Positions 53,402-64,000 of a stretch of 64,000 nt of DNA are shown here, piece by piece. The notes under the pieces were generated by a model. It was not told the origin of the DNA and searched no databases. It saw only the letters and a program-made list of their open reading frames with translations. The stretch comes from Enoplolaimus lenunculus (taxonomy: Eukaryota). The DNA is taken from NCBI GenBank assembly GCA_030248215.1, contig JASANG010000443.1, positions 372,001 to 436,000 on the forward strand, given 5' to 3'. How positions within the stretch are numbered: the stretch's first letter is position 1; the number at the start of each line of letters is the position of its first letter. The translations under genes were made by a program, and so were the position numbers.

Positions 53402-53723
53402 CACTTCCCTTCACATTTACCCGCATTTGGCGTCTGGCTAGTGGTTAGGTTTAGGAAGGGCTTCCATAAAAAGCTTTCGGCCAACGTTTTAACGCAAGCC
53501 TAACCCTTAATCGTAAATGTGAGGAAAAGTGTATGCAGCCAGCGAGAGATCGGATCCATTTTACAGTGCTGCTACACTTCCCTTCACATTTATCAAACTT
53601 AGACTTAAGCTAAGGTTTAGGCTTAAGTAAGGCTTACTTAAAATGCTTTTGTCCAAGCTTTTAAATATGCCTAAAAGCCTGAGCCTAAGCCTAAAGCCTT
53701 AACCTTAAATATTAAAGAAAGTG
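53402..53723. mobile_element. Two tandem CAC...GTG MITEs (53402-53531, 53575-53723) with degenerate TTAGGC interiors
   Basis: TA|CACTTCCCTTCACATTTA...TAAATGTGAGGAAAAGTG|TA. Each copy is preceded by tatgcagccagc.agaga.cgga.cc. Confidence 0.7.
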
Positions 53724-54035
53724 TACGAAAGTTCCTTTGCACCAGCCTTGGATTTACGAGTTCTTGGTAACAGATAGTTTCGTATAAAAAATGGTTTCAT
53801 CGACTTATACATATTGAGGATGTTTTCGCTAAATTTTACACCGTTTCGAGCCAGTAAATTTTAGTATGGCACGCAATCTACCGGCCCACGCCCCCCCTGT
53901 CCCAAGAGGGATTTTTTGTAGCCGCCCCATGGAGCCTAAGACACCGTGCTCCATCTGCCCTACGAAAATACCGGTTATATAAGAATAAAATATAACAGAA
54001 TTTCAGAGACTATTATATTGATTTACATAGATTTA

Positions 54036-54333
54036 AACCCCATTCACATGTGCAAGTTTTTGTAGCGAGAACTCGCAGCTGCAACTTGCACGAAATACTT
54101 GCAGCAGCAAGTAGTTTTAATGGAACATTTCGATTGACCAATCAAACTGCAGGTGCAAGAAATTCAAGCGACTTACAATTGCGTCTACAGGTGCTAATTA
54201 AATAAAGTAGACTGAATTGCAGTGAATAATTTGCAGCTGCAACAACTTCAAAGCTGCTTTGTGACCAAACTTGCTCATGCAAGTTGCACGTGCAAGTTTT
54301 TGCTGTAAGAACTCGCACGTGTGAATAGAACTT
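54036..54333. mobile_element. Inverted-repeat element rich in TGCAAG/CTTGCA
   Basis: Ends ccccattcacatgtgcaagtt / aactcgcacgtgtgaatag. A related end lies at ~27161. Confidence 0.6.
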
Positions 54334-54480
54334 TGCAGTTTCATACTGAAGTTAACAAGAGACGGACCGCCGATAAAAATTTAAACATTTTAGTCAGTCA
54401 AAAAAGATTCAACTTTTGAGTTAAAAATTTCAAAACCGCAAAAAATTTCGGTTTCAATTTTTGTCCCATTTTTGACCCAC

Positions 54481-54658
54481 CTGGGACGACCTTTCCATGG
54501 GTCAAGCAATTCCACCCTGTCCCACGTCGCTCAATGGTGTCTCATCGGACCCCACGGGGCCACATGTCGCACTGCCAGTTCTGCTATGCACTGTTGTCGG
54601 AACCAGACCGGCACTGACCGAACCTTCGATCGCCGCGGTTGTCAAGTACCATTGGTCC
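54481..54658 (-). other. Candidate exon of an unidentified gene
   Basis: Non-repetitive GC-rich island bounded by tctcag| and CCCAG|gtgggt. The best frame, DQWYLTTAAIEGSVSAG...GGIA, meets TGA at 54504-54502 before the donor. Confidence 0.35.
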
Positions 54659-54857
54659 CTGAGATTCACATGAAACACTTTCCAGAAATAACCAATCATA
54701 ATGATTTAAAATTGCAACGTTTGGCGAATCAAATTCAAAAGGCAATTACATTATTGTCTATTTATTTTGTTGCAATTTCTATTAGAAATTGTGGCCAAAG
54801 ATTAGACGCACTTGAGATTCTAAAATCAACACATTTTCAGTTGGGCTTCAGCTTCAT

Positions 54858-55049
54858 GGCCCATGTAAAGATCAGAGGCGGAACGTTTTCCTGTGGGACT
54901 GCAATAGAGTAAGTTTAAGCTTTAGTCTAATTTTTTTGCTTGGTTTAGGCTTAGGCTTAGGCTTAGGCTTAGGAGTATGCTCATTCTTACGCTTAGGCTT
55001 AAGCTTAGGAATATGGTTATAACACTGTTTCGCCCCTGTTCTTTAGGCC
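54858..55049. mobile_element. GGCC-ended telomere-repeat MITE, subfamily A2
   Basis: Perfect 8-bp TSD AGCTTCAT; internal (TTAGGC)n. Confidence 0.9.
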
Positions 55050-56997
55050 AGCTTCATTTCGTTGGGTAGGTAAACAAAATTTCGGACCCTAAAGGTCTAC
55101 GGCGTCGGTTGTTTATCATCGCAGCGACTCAAGATGGATGTGAAATTAAAATATGAGAAAGGGGAGACGTTTTTGAACATTCGCCCCCCATCCCAGTTTT
55201 TGAAATTTTAAGATTAAGTCACACTGTTTGGTTAGAGTTAAACCTTACGCCTAGGCTTTAGACTTATGTATCTCCTGTATAGTTCTTTTCTCGATGTATG
55301 CTTATCGCTCTGATTTAGTAAAGCAGAGTTCACGATACCCGTGCGTAAACGCGGGCGTGGTAAGAAAATTTTGATGCGGGTATACGCGCGGATAATAAAT
55401 TTCAAAATCTGAGTGAATAAATATTTGTTAATCTTTACCCATCAAAATTTTAATAAAAACAGCAAGCAGCGATTAAAAGCACATATCAAGTATCCCTCAA
55501 AAATAAAGCATGTTGCTAAGATTATGGTTCGGGAATGTATGCGTTTCATATAATAGTCAGGGCCGGAGCAGCCACATCCATACCTCCCGTTTGGGGAGCA
55601 CACCCCTAAAGGGGCCCCCACCCTAACCAGATGAAACAAAAACCGCCGATTTTATAAAATACGTCAAAAGCGTCTCGACATGGCTTTAAACCATTCACAG
55701 ACCTTACAATAAACACCTGGCTTACAATTTTACATAAGATAAGATAACTCTCATGAAACAAAATAATAAATAAAGTAATAATAATTTTTAAGTGAGGTGT
55801 GCCGTATGCTGTCTCCCCTGATTGGAGCATATGAAGATTGTAAAAGGTTTTAACTAAAATATGATTTGTTTAGCTACTTTAAAGCAAATGTCAAAAACAA
55901 TTTCGTTGACTGATTTTGAGGAAGGCTTCACTTTGTAGATTCATCGTTTAGCAACTTTTGTGGGAAACTGTTTCTGCAAGGGTGTCCCCACAGCTATCAG
56001 ACACGAGCGTGAGCTTTGGCAACCTTAATAGATCAAACATCGATAAATTCTGTATCCACATCTACGCTGAGGGCCCCCAACCCTGTCTTCTCCGGCACTG
56101 ATAATAGCTACTTATAAGGAGTTTTTTGTAACGTAAATTAAGCGACTAACATCAATGCACTGTAAAATTGCACAATTGTATTGAACGCGGAAGGAAAAAT
56201 AACGGTGGTTAAACAATTGTGCGCGGGTATACCCGCGGGTAAAAAATGCAATTTCCGCAGGTAAAAAGCGCAGCGGGGTATAAAATGATTCTACCCACTT
56301 AGAGATGTTTTAAGTCTTAGTGTTATTGGCGTAGGCTTAGGCTTATATTCGTAGGCTTAAGCCTAAGCCTTAGTGTTATTGGCGTAGGCTTAGACTTATG
56401 TTCGTAGGCTTAAGCCTCATTCTTATTCTTAGGCTTAATTCTTAGTCTTATGGGCGTGTCCTGAAGCCTTAGTCTTATAGACATAGTCATAAGCCTTACA
56501 CTGCAAAAATGGCGAGTCAAATTGACCTTCTCTCCGGGACTACACAAACAGAGCCAAAGTCGACTCCGCCAGAGTCAAATGTTCAACTCAATGAGCGAAT
56601 TTAACTCTTTCGGAGTCGAATTTGACTCAGGTTGTGTAGTACCGTAGAGCCTATTTCGGAGACAGTCAATTCGACTCACCATTTTTTGCAGTGTAGTCTT
56701 ACATGCTCAGGCTATAATGTTGAAGGAGTAAAATGTAGGACAGCGCGGGGGTACCTCTTCACCGTTCTTAAATTATATCGCACCCCCTTCAAATCGGTAC
56801 CTAACGTTGTAGTATAATATTTGACCATAGGTTCTGAAACTGGTGTAAACGTTGTGAAATATAGCTTAGAAACATCAATCACACACAACCAAGTCTAATG
56901 ACCACAAACGAAACTGTTTGTTGACCATAGAGTACGACAACACTCATCTTTAATGTGATCAATTATCATATGGCAAAATGTCGCGTGGCATGGTGTT

Positions 56998-57269
56998 CAA
57001 AACAACAACAACAGCAGCAACAACAACAACAACAACAACACAAACAACAACAATGACGACAACAACAACAGCAACAACACAAACAACAACAATGACGACA
57101 ACAACAACAACAACAACAAACAAACAAACAAACAACAACAACAGTAATAAATAAATAAACAAAAAACAAACAAACAAACAAAAAAAACAACAACAAACAG
57201 TCAAATAACAACAACAATAAACAAACAAACAAACAACAACAACAACAACAACAACAGCAACACAACAAC

Positions 57270-57314
<45 letters not shown>

Positions 57315-57495
57315 ACAGCAGCAGCAACAACAACACCAACACAACAACAACAACAGCAGCAACAGCAACAAAACCACAAAATAAATAAATAAATAAAAAA
57401 TATACAAACCGACAAACAACAGAAACAAGTAAATAAACAACAACAACAACAGCAGTAGCAGCAGTAGCAGCAACAACAACAGCAACAACAACATC

Positions 57496-57532
<37 letters not shown>

Positions 57533-57555
57533 CAAAAACAGCAAGCAACAACAGC
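56998..57555. repeat. Compound microsatellite (CAA)n/(CAG)n/(CAAA)n/(AAT)n
   Basis: Direct reading of the sequence. Confidence 0.95.
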
Positions 57556-58706
57556 GATAATTAGCGCACGACTCTTCGACCAACCGGTGTGAACATTAGG
57601 ACCTGAAACGCAAAATTAGATTTGAATAAATGCTAATTATGCATGCAAAGCGTATAACAAACGAGCTGACCGCACCTGGCGTTCATTTTCAAATGATTAA
57701 GCAACAGTCTCCTTGCGGATTTAGAGTCCGAAATTGATGAGAAGACAGTGACGGATCCGGCAACTACTGGCGGGGACTAACGCGATATATGGCTCAAGTC
57801 ACTTCGAGGGCAACCCATTTTCGACAGGATTGTAACAAAGTAAGCAGGGTCGGAGAAGCCACCCCCATACCCTGCATTTGGATGGGCCCCCACCCTAACC
57901 GGCTGAAACAAAAACCGCCGAAGTTTTAAAATGCGTGTAGATTCTGGCTTATTTTGCTCCGAGTTTGGGTGTCCCCACCGTACAGTTGGGGGAGCCCCTG
58001 CTCCTGTCTGCCCCGGCTCTGAGAGTAAGGTTAAGCTTTAGACAACTTTTTCACTTAGGTTTAGGCTTAGACTTAAGCTTAGGCTTAGTCATAGGCTTAT
58101 ACTTTGACTGGCGCTTAGATTTGGCTTAAGAATATGCTTATACTACTGTTTACGCCTCTCACGTCAGACCGAAAAAGTAATACTCACAGAGGGACACGGC
58201 CGAGAAGACAAACGCAGTTTCAGTACCGATTGTTTTTGTACGAAACTTTAGCTCTGATCCCTGTTGAGAATCAAAGTTTCGGCCAATGTAAAGAACAGGG
58301 GCGGAAGAGTATTATATGCATATTCCTAAGCCTAAGCCTAAGCATAAGCGTAACAATGTGCGTATACCTAAGCCTAAGCCTAACCCTAAGCCTAAGCATA
58401 ACCGTAACAATGTGCGTATACCTAAGCCTAAGCCTAACCCTAAACCTAAGGATAAGCGTAACAATGTGCGTATACCTAAGCCTAAGCCTAAGCCATGCAA
58501 AAAAATTAGTCTAAACCTTAAGATTACTTTATTCTATTCTCACTGAAAAACGTTCTGCCCCTGATATACGATGGACACCGCTTAGATACGCCGGCCAATG
58601 TTACTTTGAAAGCCGTCCCATTTTCCCGGGACAGAAATGTACCAGGAGTACCCGTCCCATTTTCCCGGGACAGCAATGTACTAAAACTACATTCCAAAAA
58701 TATAAT

Positions 58707-58919
58707 TGGGACAGTGGAACAGTTGGGACAGATGAGACAGTGGGACAGATGGGACGGTTGGGACAGCTGGGACAGATGGGACAGTTGGAACAGTTGGGAC
58801 AGATGGGACAGTTAGGACAGATGGGACACCTTGGGACACTTGGGACAGATGGGACAGTTGGGACAGATGGAACAGTTGGGACAGAAGGGACTGTTGGGAC
58901 AGTTGTGACAGATGGGACA
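58707..58919. repeat. 9-bp repeat TGGGACAG(A/T)
   Basis: About 23 units, preceded by two copies of ccgtcccattttcccgggacag. Confidence 0.9.
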
Positions 58920-59803
58920 TTTACCCTTTTACAATTTTACGGGCGTTGCCACGATTTCGTTTCAGGGAGGATACTTATTTTAAAAGCATTTGCCCCCCCC
59001 CCCCCCCGAATGACAACTTAGATCGCCGAAAACTGTTAAAATCTCAGCGACTCCGGCTGATTATTCTAAAGGCTGTAAAAATGTTTCTTGAAAACATTGC
59101 AATTATTGTTCTAAAATCAAACGCAGGGGCTGATGGTATGTTTGATATATCACTGTAGGAAAAGACTATATAGTTCCGTGAACTCTGGATACCACTAGTG
59201 ATACAAATGAGAACTTTGAAAATCGTGTTTAGAGGGTACACACCCATAGACTCCCCCTTACAAATACAAGGACGCTGATCAAATAGTACATTTTGACTCA
59301 AAAAGCGCTAGAAACGCATCATCGCATTCGGACGACACACACGGGGGGGGCGGCGGCTGCGGTCGTTGTGCAATTTATTGCACTGTAGCGTGCAATGCGA
59401 TTTTGCAAACTGCAATTTTATGCGTGCAAGAGTTTTTGCTGCAAGCATAGAACAACTTCCTGTCGCGCGTGGTCAGCTTGCATTATAGCATTGAGTTCTT
59501 GTTGATTTAACGGTGTGAAATATTGTATATTTTTTCAAGGGTGAAACTCTACGTTGGAATTGATTGCTTTTGTTGAATAGTTGCCTATATACAGGTCGTT
59601 TTAAACCCTTTCTCACATAGAGTATACTATTGCAGTTGTCGTTGCGATACAAAATACACAAGTGTTTAACAATTATTACGCGTATGTCCGCAGTACAAAT
59701 TATCCTGAATGCTAAAACACAAAGCTGCTATACAATCCGTTACCTTTCTTTCGCCTATTTTTTGCCATAGACGTACAATGGTACCTGTAAGGATAAATCC
59801 TTA

Positions 59804-59971
59804 GGCCAGTGTTACTTTAAGGGGTGTTTACAGTAGATTAAGCGTATTCCTAAGCCTAAGCGTTGTAAAAATATGTTCCTAAGTCTAAAGCAAAAAATGT
59901 TACCTAGAATCTAAACTTACTCTTTTATAGACCAACCAGAAACCTGGGCGCCCCTTAAAGTAACATGGGCC
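59804..59971. mobile_element. GGCC-ended telomere-repeat MITE, subfamily B
   Basis: TIRs GGCCAGTGTTACTTTAAGGGG / CCCCTTAAAGTAACATGGGCC; perfect 8-bp TSD AATCCTTA. Confidence 0.9.
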
Positions 59972-59988
59972 AATCCTTAGGTTTAGGG

Positions 59989-60623
59989 TGTCGGGGGATT
60001 GACAATCCATTCGAGCCGCACTTGCCAGACACAACGATTGTGCGCGACAGTCACGATCTTGTGTGGACTGCCCGTCCTTGGTGCCTGAGAAACAGGGCTC
60101 AATGGCCACCCACACGGAAAATGGTGTGGTATGCAGCCACCAGGCCACACCATTCAGCCAGCTTAGCCCGCCGTCAACATAGGTGACAACCGAGTCGTGC
60201 ACTGTAAATTTCAGTGAGTTGATTTTAACTCAGAATGAGTTGAATCACTCAGTCTGAGTTAGGACTATCAGAACTCAGAATGTTGAGTTGATTCAATTCA
60301 TTCTGAGTTAATTAACCAACCCACCCAGAGTCAACTCAACTCAGATTAAGAATCAGATCAACTCAGAGTGAGTTAACGTTTACTGGAATTAATTCAGAAA
60401 TAACCAACTCGCTAGCTGAATTGATTAATCAACTCATTGGAATTTACAGTGTGCGCCAGTACGACACACATCCCTGTCTATCCCTCAACTTAGGCCTGAG
60501 AGCCAACGCAATGTGGTGCTGTGCGATTGACGATGAAATACTGCACCAGCCGGGATCGAACCCAGGCGTGCCGCTTTCAGGGCAGACATGCTTCCCACTA
60601 CACCACTGGCCCGTGATATCACA
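59989..60623 (-). mobile_element. Second tRNA-headed element (Gly-like head), TGT...ACA bounded, with a nested CACTG MITE
   Basis: Minus strand reads TGTGATATCAC-GGGCCAGTGGTGTAGTGG...GGGTTCGATCCCGGCTGGTGCA, then a GC-rich body ending CCCCGACA. Flanks AGGG/AGGC. Only one copy is in the window, so the boundaries are tentative and it could be a SINE. Confidence 0.55.
60200..60451. mobile_element. Family D MITE nested in the tRNA-headed element
   Basis: TG|CACTGTAAATTTC...AATTTACAGTG|TG. Confidence 0.9.
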
Positions 60624-63484
60624 AGGCCAATTGTACGCCATAATACAGTAACCTAATTCTTCAAGTGGAGGTCAAGTTCGAACACTCAAGCACCGATCGT
60701 TAAGGACTGCATTAGATTATACGCATCGACATGGACCCGTTGCAAGAGGGGCTGAGGGTAGCTCAACCTCCCTGGAAAGCATTGCCCCCCTATAGAAAAT
60801 TTTCAAACTTGCTTCACTGTATTAAATTCCAAAGAGTTAATCAACTCAGCTAAAGAGTTAGTTATTTCTACGTTAATAACAGTAGACGTTATAACTCAAC
60901 CTGAGTTGAGTTGATTGTCACTCTGAGTTGAGTTGACTCTTGGTTAGTTGATTAATTAACATGACGCTTGCAATCCATGTATAGAACAGGGCCGGATCGT
61001 TTTCCGGAGGGGCTGTAATAGAATCAGTTTAAGCTGTAGACTAAATATTTTGCTTAGGCTTAGGCTTAAACTTAATCTTACGCTCGAGCCCGCAGCTAAG
61101 GGGGGGAGGAGGGGGGCTCAGTCCCCCTGAAAAAATTTTGCCCCCCCCTAAAAGATTTTCCACCTTGCTTGTAAGTCACTGAAAACCTTTAAACACCCCT
61201 CCTGAAAATATTTAGCCCCCCTCTAGCATGGTTGGCTGACTACGGGCGTGCTTATGCTTAGAAATAGGCTCATCCTTACGCTTAAGCTTAGGCTTAGGCT
61301 TAGGCTAGGAATATGCTTATACTATTGTTCCGGTCCTGTTCTATACATGGGTCGTGCCCGCTTCCCCCCTGACGAAAGTTTTTGCCCCCTGACCGAAATC
61401 TTTTAACACAGCATTAAAGCGCAATCTTTGTCGGCAAAATTATCCATGTCCCCTCTAGAAATGTTTCAGCCCTCTCATCTAAAGGTTACACGGTTGAGAA
61501 AGCTGTAAAGATTTCAAATCACCCAACCTATATACCATGTTCATAACTGAGGAATATGATTTATCCAATGAAAAGGCCTCCATCGGTTCAACTCAGGCCC
61601 GTAGCTAGAGGGGGTGACCAGGCGGGTTCAGTTGCCGCTGGAAAAATTTTAGCAACACTAAAAAATTTTCAACCTTGCTTGTAGGTCATCGAAAACTCTC
61701 GTATGCCGCTCCTGCAAAATGATCAGCTTCCGGCCAGCAACGTGAGCTAAGCTGGTTAACGTCTCTGATCCAGTTGCATTTAATATTGTTTTTAGTAAAT
61801 ATCGGAATACTCTGCCAGACCAAATGTGATACAGATTAGTAAAAATATTAAGTAAAAAAACATTTTGCAAAAGAGAATCTTGCAAATTCATTGAAAAATA
61901 TACATTCTACAGCTAAAAGTATTAAAATTTAGTGTTTTTTGGTCTTTTTATTCCTCAAAATGTAGAGACACTTTTTTTGTTACTCAAATTTCACCAAAAT
62001 AACTTTTTTGCCATAATCTTAAAGATATTTAGCATTGTTTTCATTTTGAGTTTGAATTCTGTTCGATTTCTAATCTGCCCATTCTTTAAAAGTTTTTAAT
62101 TTTTTTTGACATTTCAAAACAATTAAAGTTTAATAGCAGGTAAAAGTTTAATACTTCTAAGCACACTATTGTTTGTTATTTTACTAAGCATAAGCGGCCA
62201 ATGTATGAAACAGGGCCCGAGCAGTAGTATAAGCATATTCTTAATCTTAAGCCTAAACCCAAAGATTAAGCCTGAGCGTACCAATGAGGTTACATCTAAG
62301 CCTAAATGAAAGCCTACATGAAAAATTGATAAAGCTTAAAGCTTCCTCTATTGCAGTCCCGCAGAAAAACGTTCCGCATCTAATCTTTACATTGGACGCT
62401 TAAAGCGTAGGCCTTCAATGGTAAGTTTAAGTTCTTTCGTGGGGCGAAGCAAACAAGTTGCCAATATTTGGCTAACAGTGTTAGGGAGGTTTAATGAATT
62501 TGCTGATATCCGGCGTCATCAGTCACCGTCCGGCGACCGTCGATCCGTCCGGTGGAACACTGGATCAATTTGTAACTAAAATTTTTTGACGTTTGGCGTC
62601 GGACGGCGATTCACGACAAGTATAGCACCACCCTTATTGGCTAAATATGGTTGTTCGTTAATGTTACAAACAATGAGACTGAAATAATCATGAATGCGTT
62701 GGTTTTTGTACATTTTTGGCCCATATTTAATTAAGGGATACGCTTTAAACTATTAGGTTCACGCTCAGGCTAAAGGCTTGGTTCACTGTAAATTCCAATG
62801 AGTTTATTAATCAATTCAACCAGCGAGTTGGTTATGAATCAATATCAGTAAACATTAACTCGCTCTGATTTGTGTTGATTCTAACTCTGAGTTGAGTTGA
62901 CTCTGAGTGGGTAATCAAAATTTTTTACTTGCTTCGCTCTCCGGCAGCAAACAGTCGCCTACAACACGCAGCAGCCCACAAAAACTCAGACTTGGACGAA
63001 TAATTCAACTCATTCTGAGTTAAAATCAACTCCCTGAAATTTACCTATTTTCTATTATTTTTTAAAATTATGTTTCGAAAAAATTTGCAAATCTTTTACT
63101 CTTTCTCTCTGTCATAATTTAAGAGCAAATCATTAATAGTCTGTTAATCTCCTTGTTTCCCAGCGAACTCGAAGCTGTATTAAAATGTACTCAATTTCAG
63201 TTTATGTAAACACAACTTTTCCGAATGTTTAAAGTATTTTCTTGTGACAAAAAAATCGCACGCACCACAACTGTGTCAATACTCGTCATGGCAGGCAGTT
63301 TTTTTTTCCTAAATTCTCTTTAATTTTACAAAAATCAAAAATGTATTTAGAATTTTTTTAAGACATTCTTGTTTTTGAGCATTTTTTTAAGAGATGAATG
63401 TGTTAAAATGACGAAACATTCTTGATTTTACAGAAAAAATTGTGTTTACAATTTCGGGTCGTTTCGGTTATCTTCTCCCAATGC

Positions 63485-64000
63485 GGTGTTTGCCTAAAAA
63501 TGTTTTGATTTTGAAAATTTTTGCATATTTGAGCTTATCATAACCTCCACTGATCATTTCATGCCTGAATTTGGACTTTTGAATAATTCGATTTTTAGGT
63601 CCCGACCAAACCCTGTCTCGTAGGACCCAAGAATTATTGTCAATAGGTTATACTGGGTTTTATACCATTCAACGGACTTTTTTGAGCTCAATCGAATGAT
63701 GTTAAATTTTTTGCAATCAGACGTCTGGTTATCGAGTTATCGTCGTCAAATAACTGATTTGGCGCCGTTCCAAATTATTGGCAGCGCGACAAATCAGTTA
63801 TTTCACAATAACTCGTTAACCAAACGTCTATTGCGAAAAACTTATTAGCATTCCGACTCAGCTCGGGGACAAATGGGATCTTAAAATCTTAAACAATTTA
63901 AATTTTTCAAAAATTCTAATTTGGACACGGGATCATCAGGATAAGTGAGAAGCTCAAATATGCAAAAATTTTCAAAATCCAAACATTTTTCGCAAATGCC
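63485..64000. mobile_element. Fold-back (fully palindromic) element running to the window end
   Basis: Arms ttttgaaaatttttgcatatttgagctt / aagctcaaatatgcaaaaattttcaaaa, with inner arms aaataactgatttg / caaatcagttattt around ~63775. Confidence 0.75.

Noticed and set aside
56959..57551. Poly-Leu/Cys/Val ORFs
   Set aside because: They are microsatellite translations.
57705..57780. Possible plus-strand terminal exon (LLADLESEIDEKTVTDPATTGGD*)
   Set aside because: The acceptor is weak and no partner exon was found; it cannot be supported from sequence alone.
58134..59021. LSLSLS/PKPKPK and GQMGQL collagen-like ORFs
   Set aside because: They are products of GCCTAA MITE cores and a 9-bp DNA repeat, with no signal peptide, Pro-rich Gly-X-Y or splice context.
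60540..60613. Functional tRNA gene
   Set aside because: Acceptor and anticodon stems have mismatches, the anticodon loop is atypical and it is embedded in a larger element. The other tRNA-like heads also fail to fold fully.

Overview
AT-rich, repeat-dense eukaryotic DNA, most plausibly from a nematode. The evidence is abundant TTAGGC repeats (the nematode telomere hexamer) and TTTCAG/TTTTAG splice acceptors; the species is not determined. One protein-coding gene is well supported: a two-exon minus-strand gene (25482-25188 + 24397-23790) for a ~300-aa protein with a signal peptide, two fibronectin-III-like motifs and a hydrophobic GPI-type tail. A decayed duplicate of its tail lies just downstream. 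The rest is a mosaic of short non-autonomous mobile elements whose ends and target-site duplications (TSDs) can be read directly: (1) dozens of GGCC-ended MITEs with 8-bp TSDs and internal (TTAGGC)n; (2) two CACTG...CAGTG families with 2-bp TSDs; (3) hAT-, pogo/Tc1-, Harbinger- and piggyBac-like MITEs; (4) TGT...ACA-bounded, solo-LTR-like elements carrying a tRNA-derived RNA polymerase III module; plus several minisatellites. The most notable signals are the tRNA-bearing LTR-like elements with 5-bp TSDs, tRNA-like promoters inside unrelated transposon shells, and telomere-repeat MITEs that seed a satellite and capture flanking DNA. No transposase or reverse-transcriptase ORF is visible. Nearly all ORF-track entries are artefacts of repeats.
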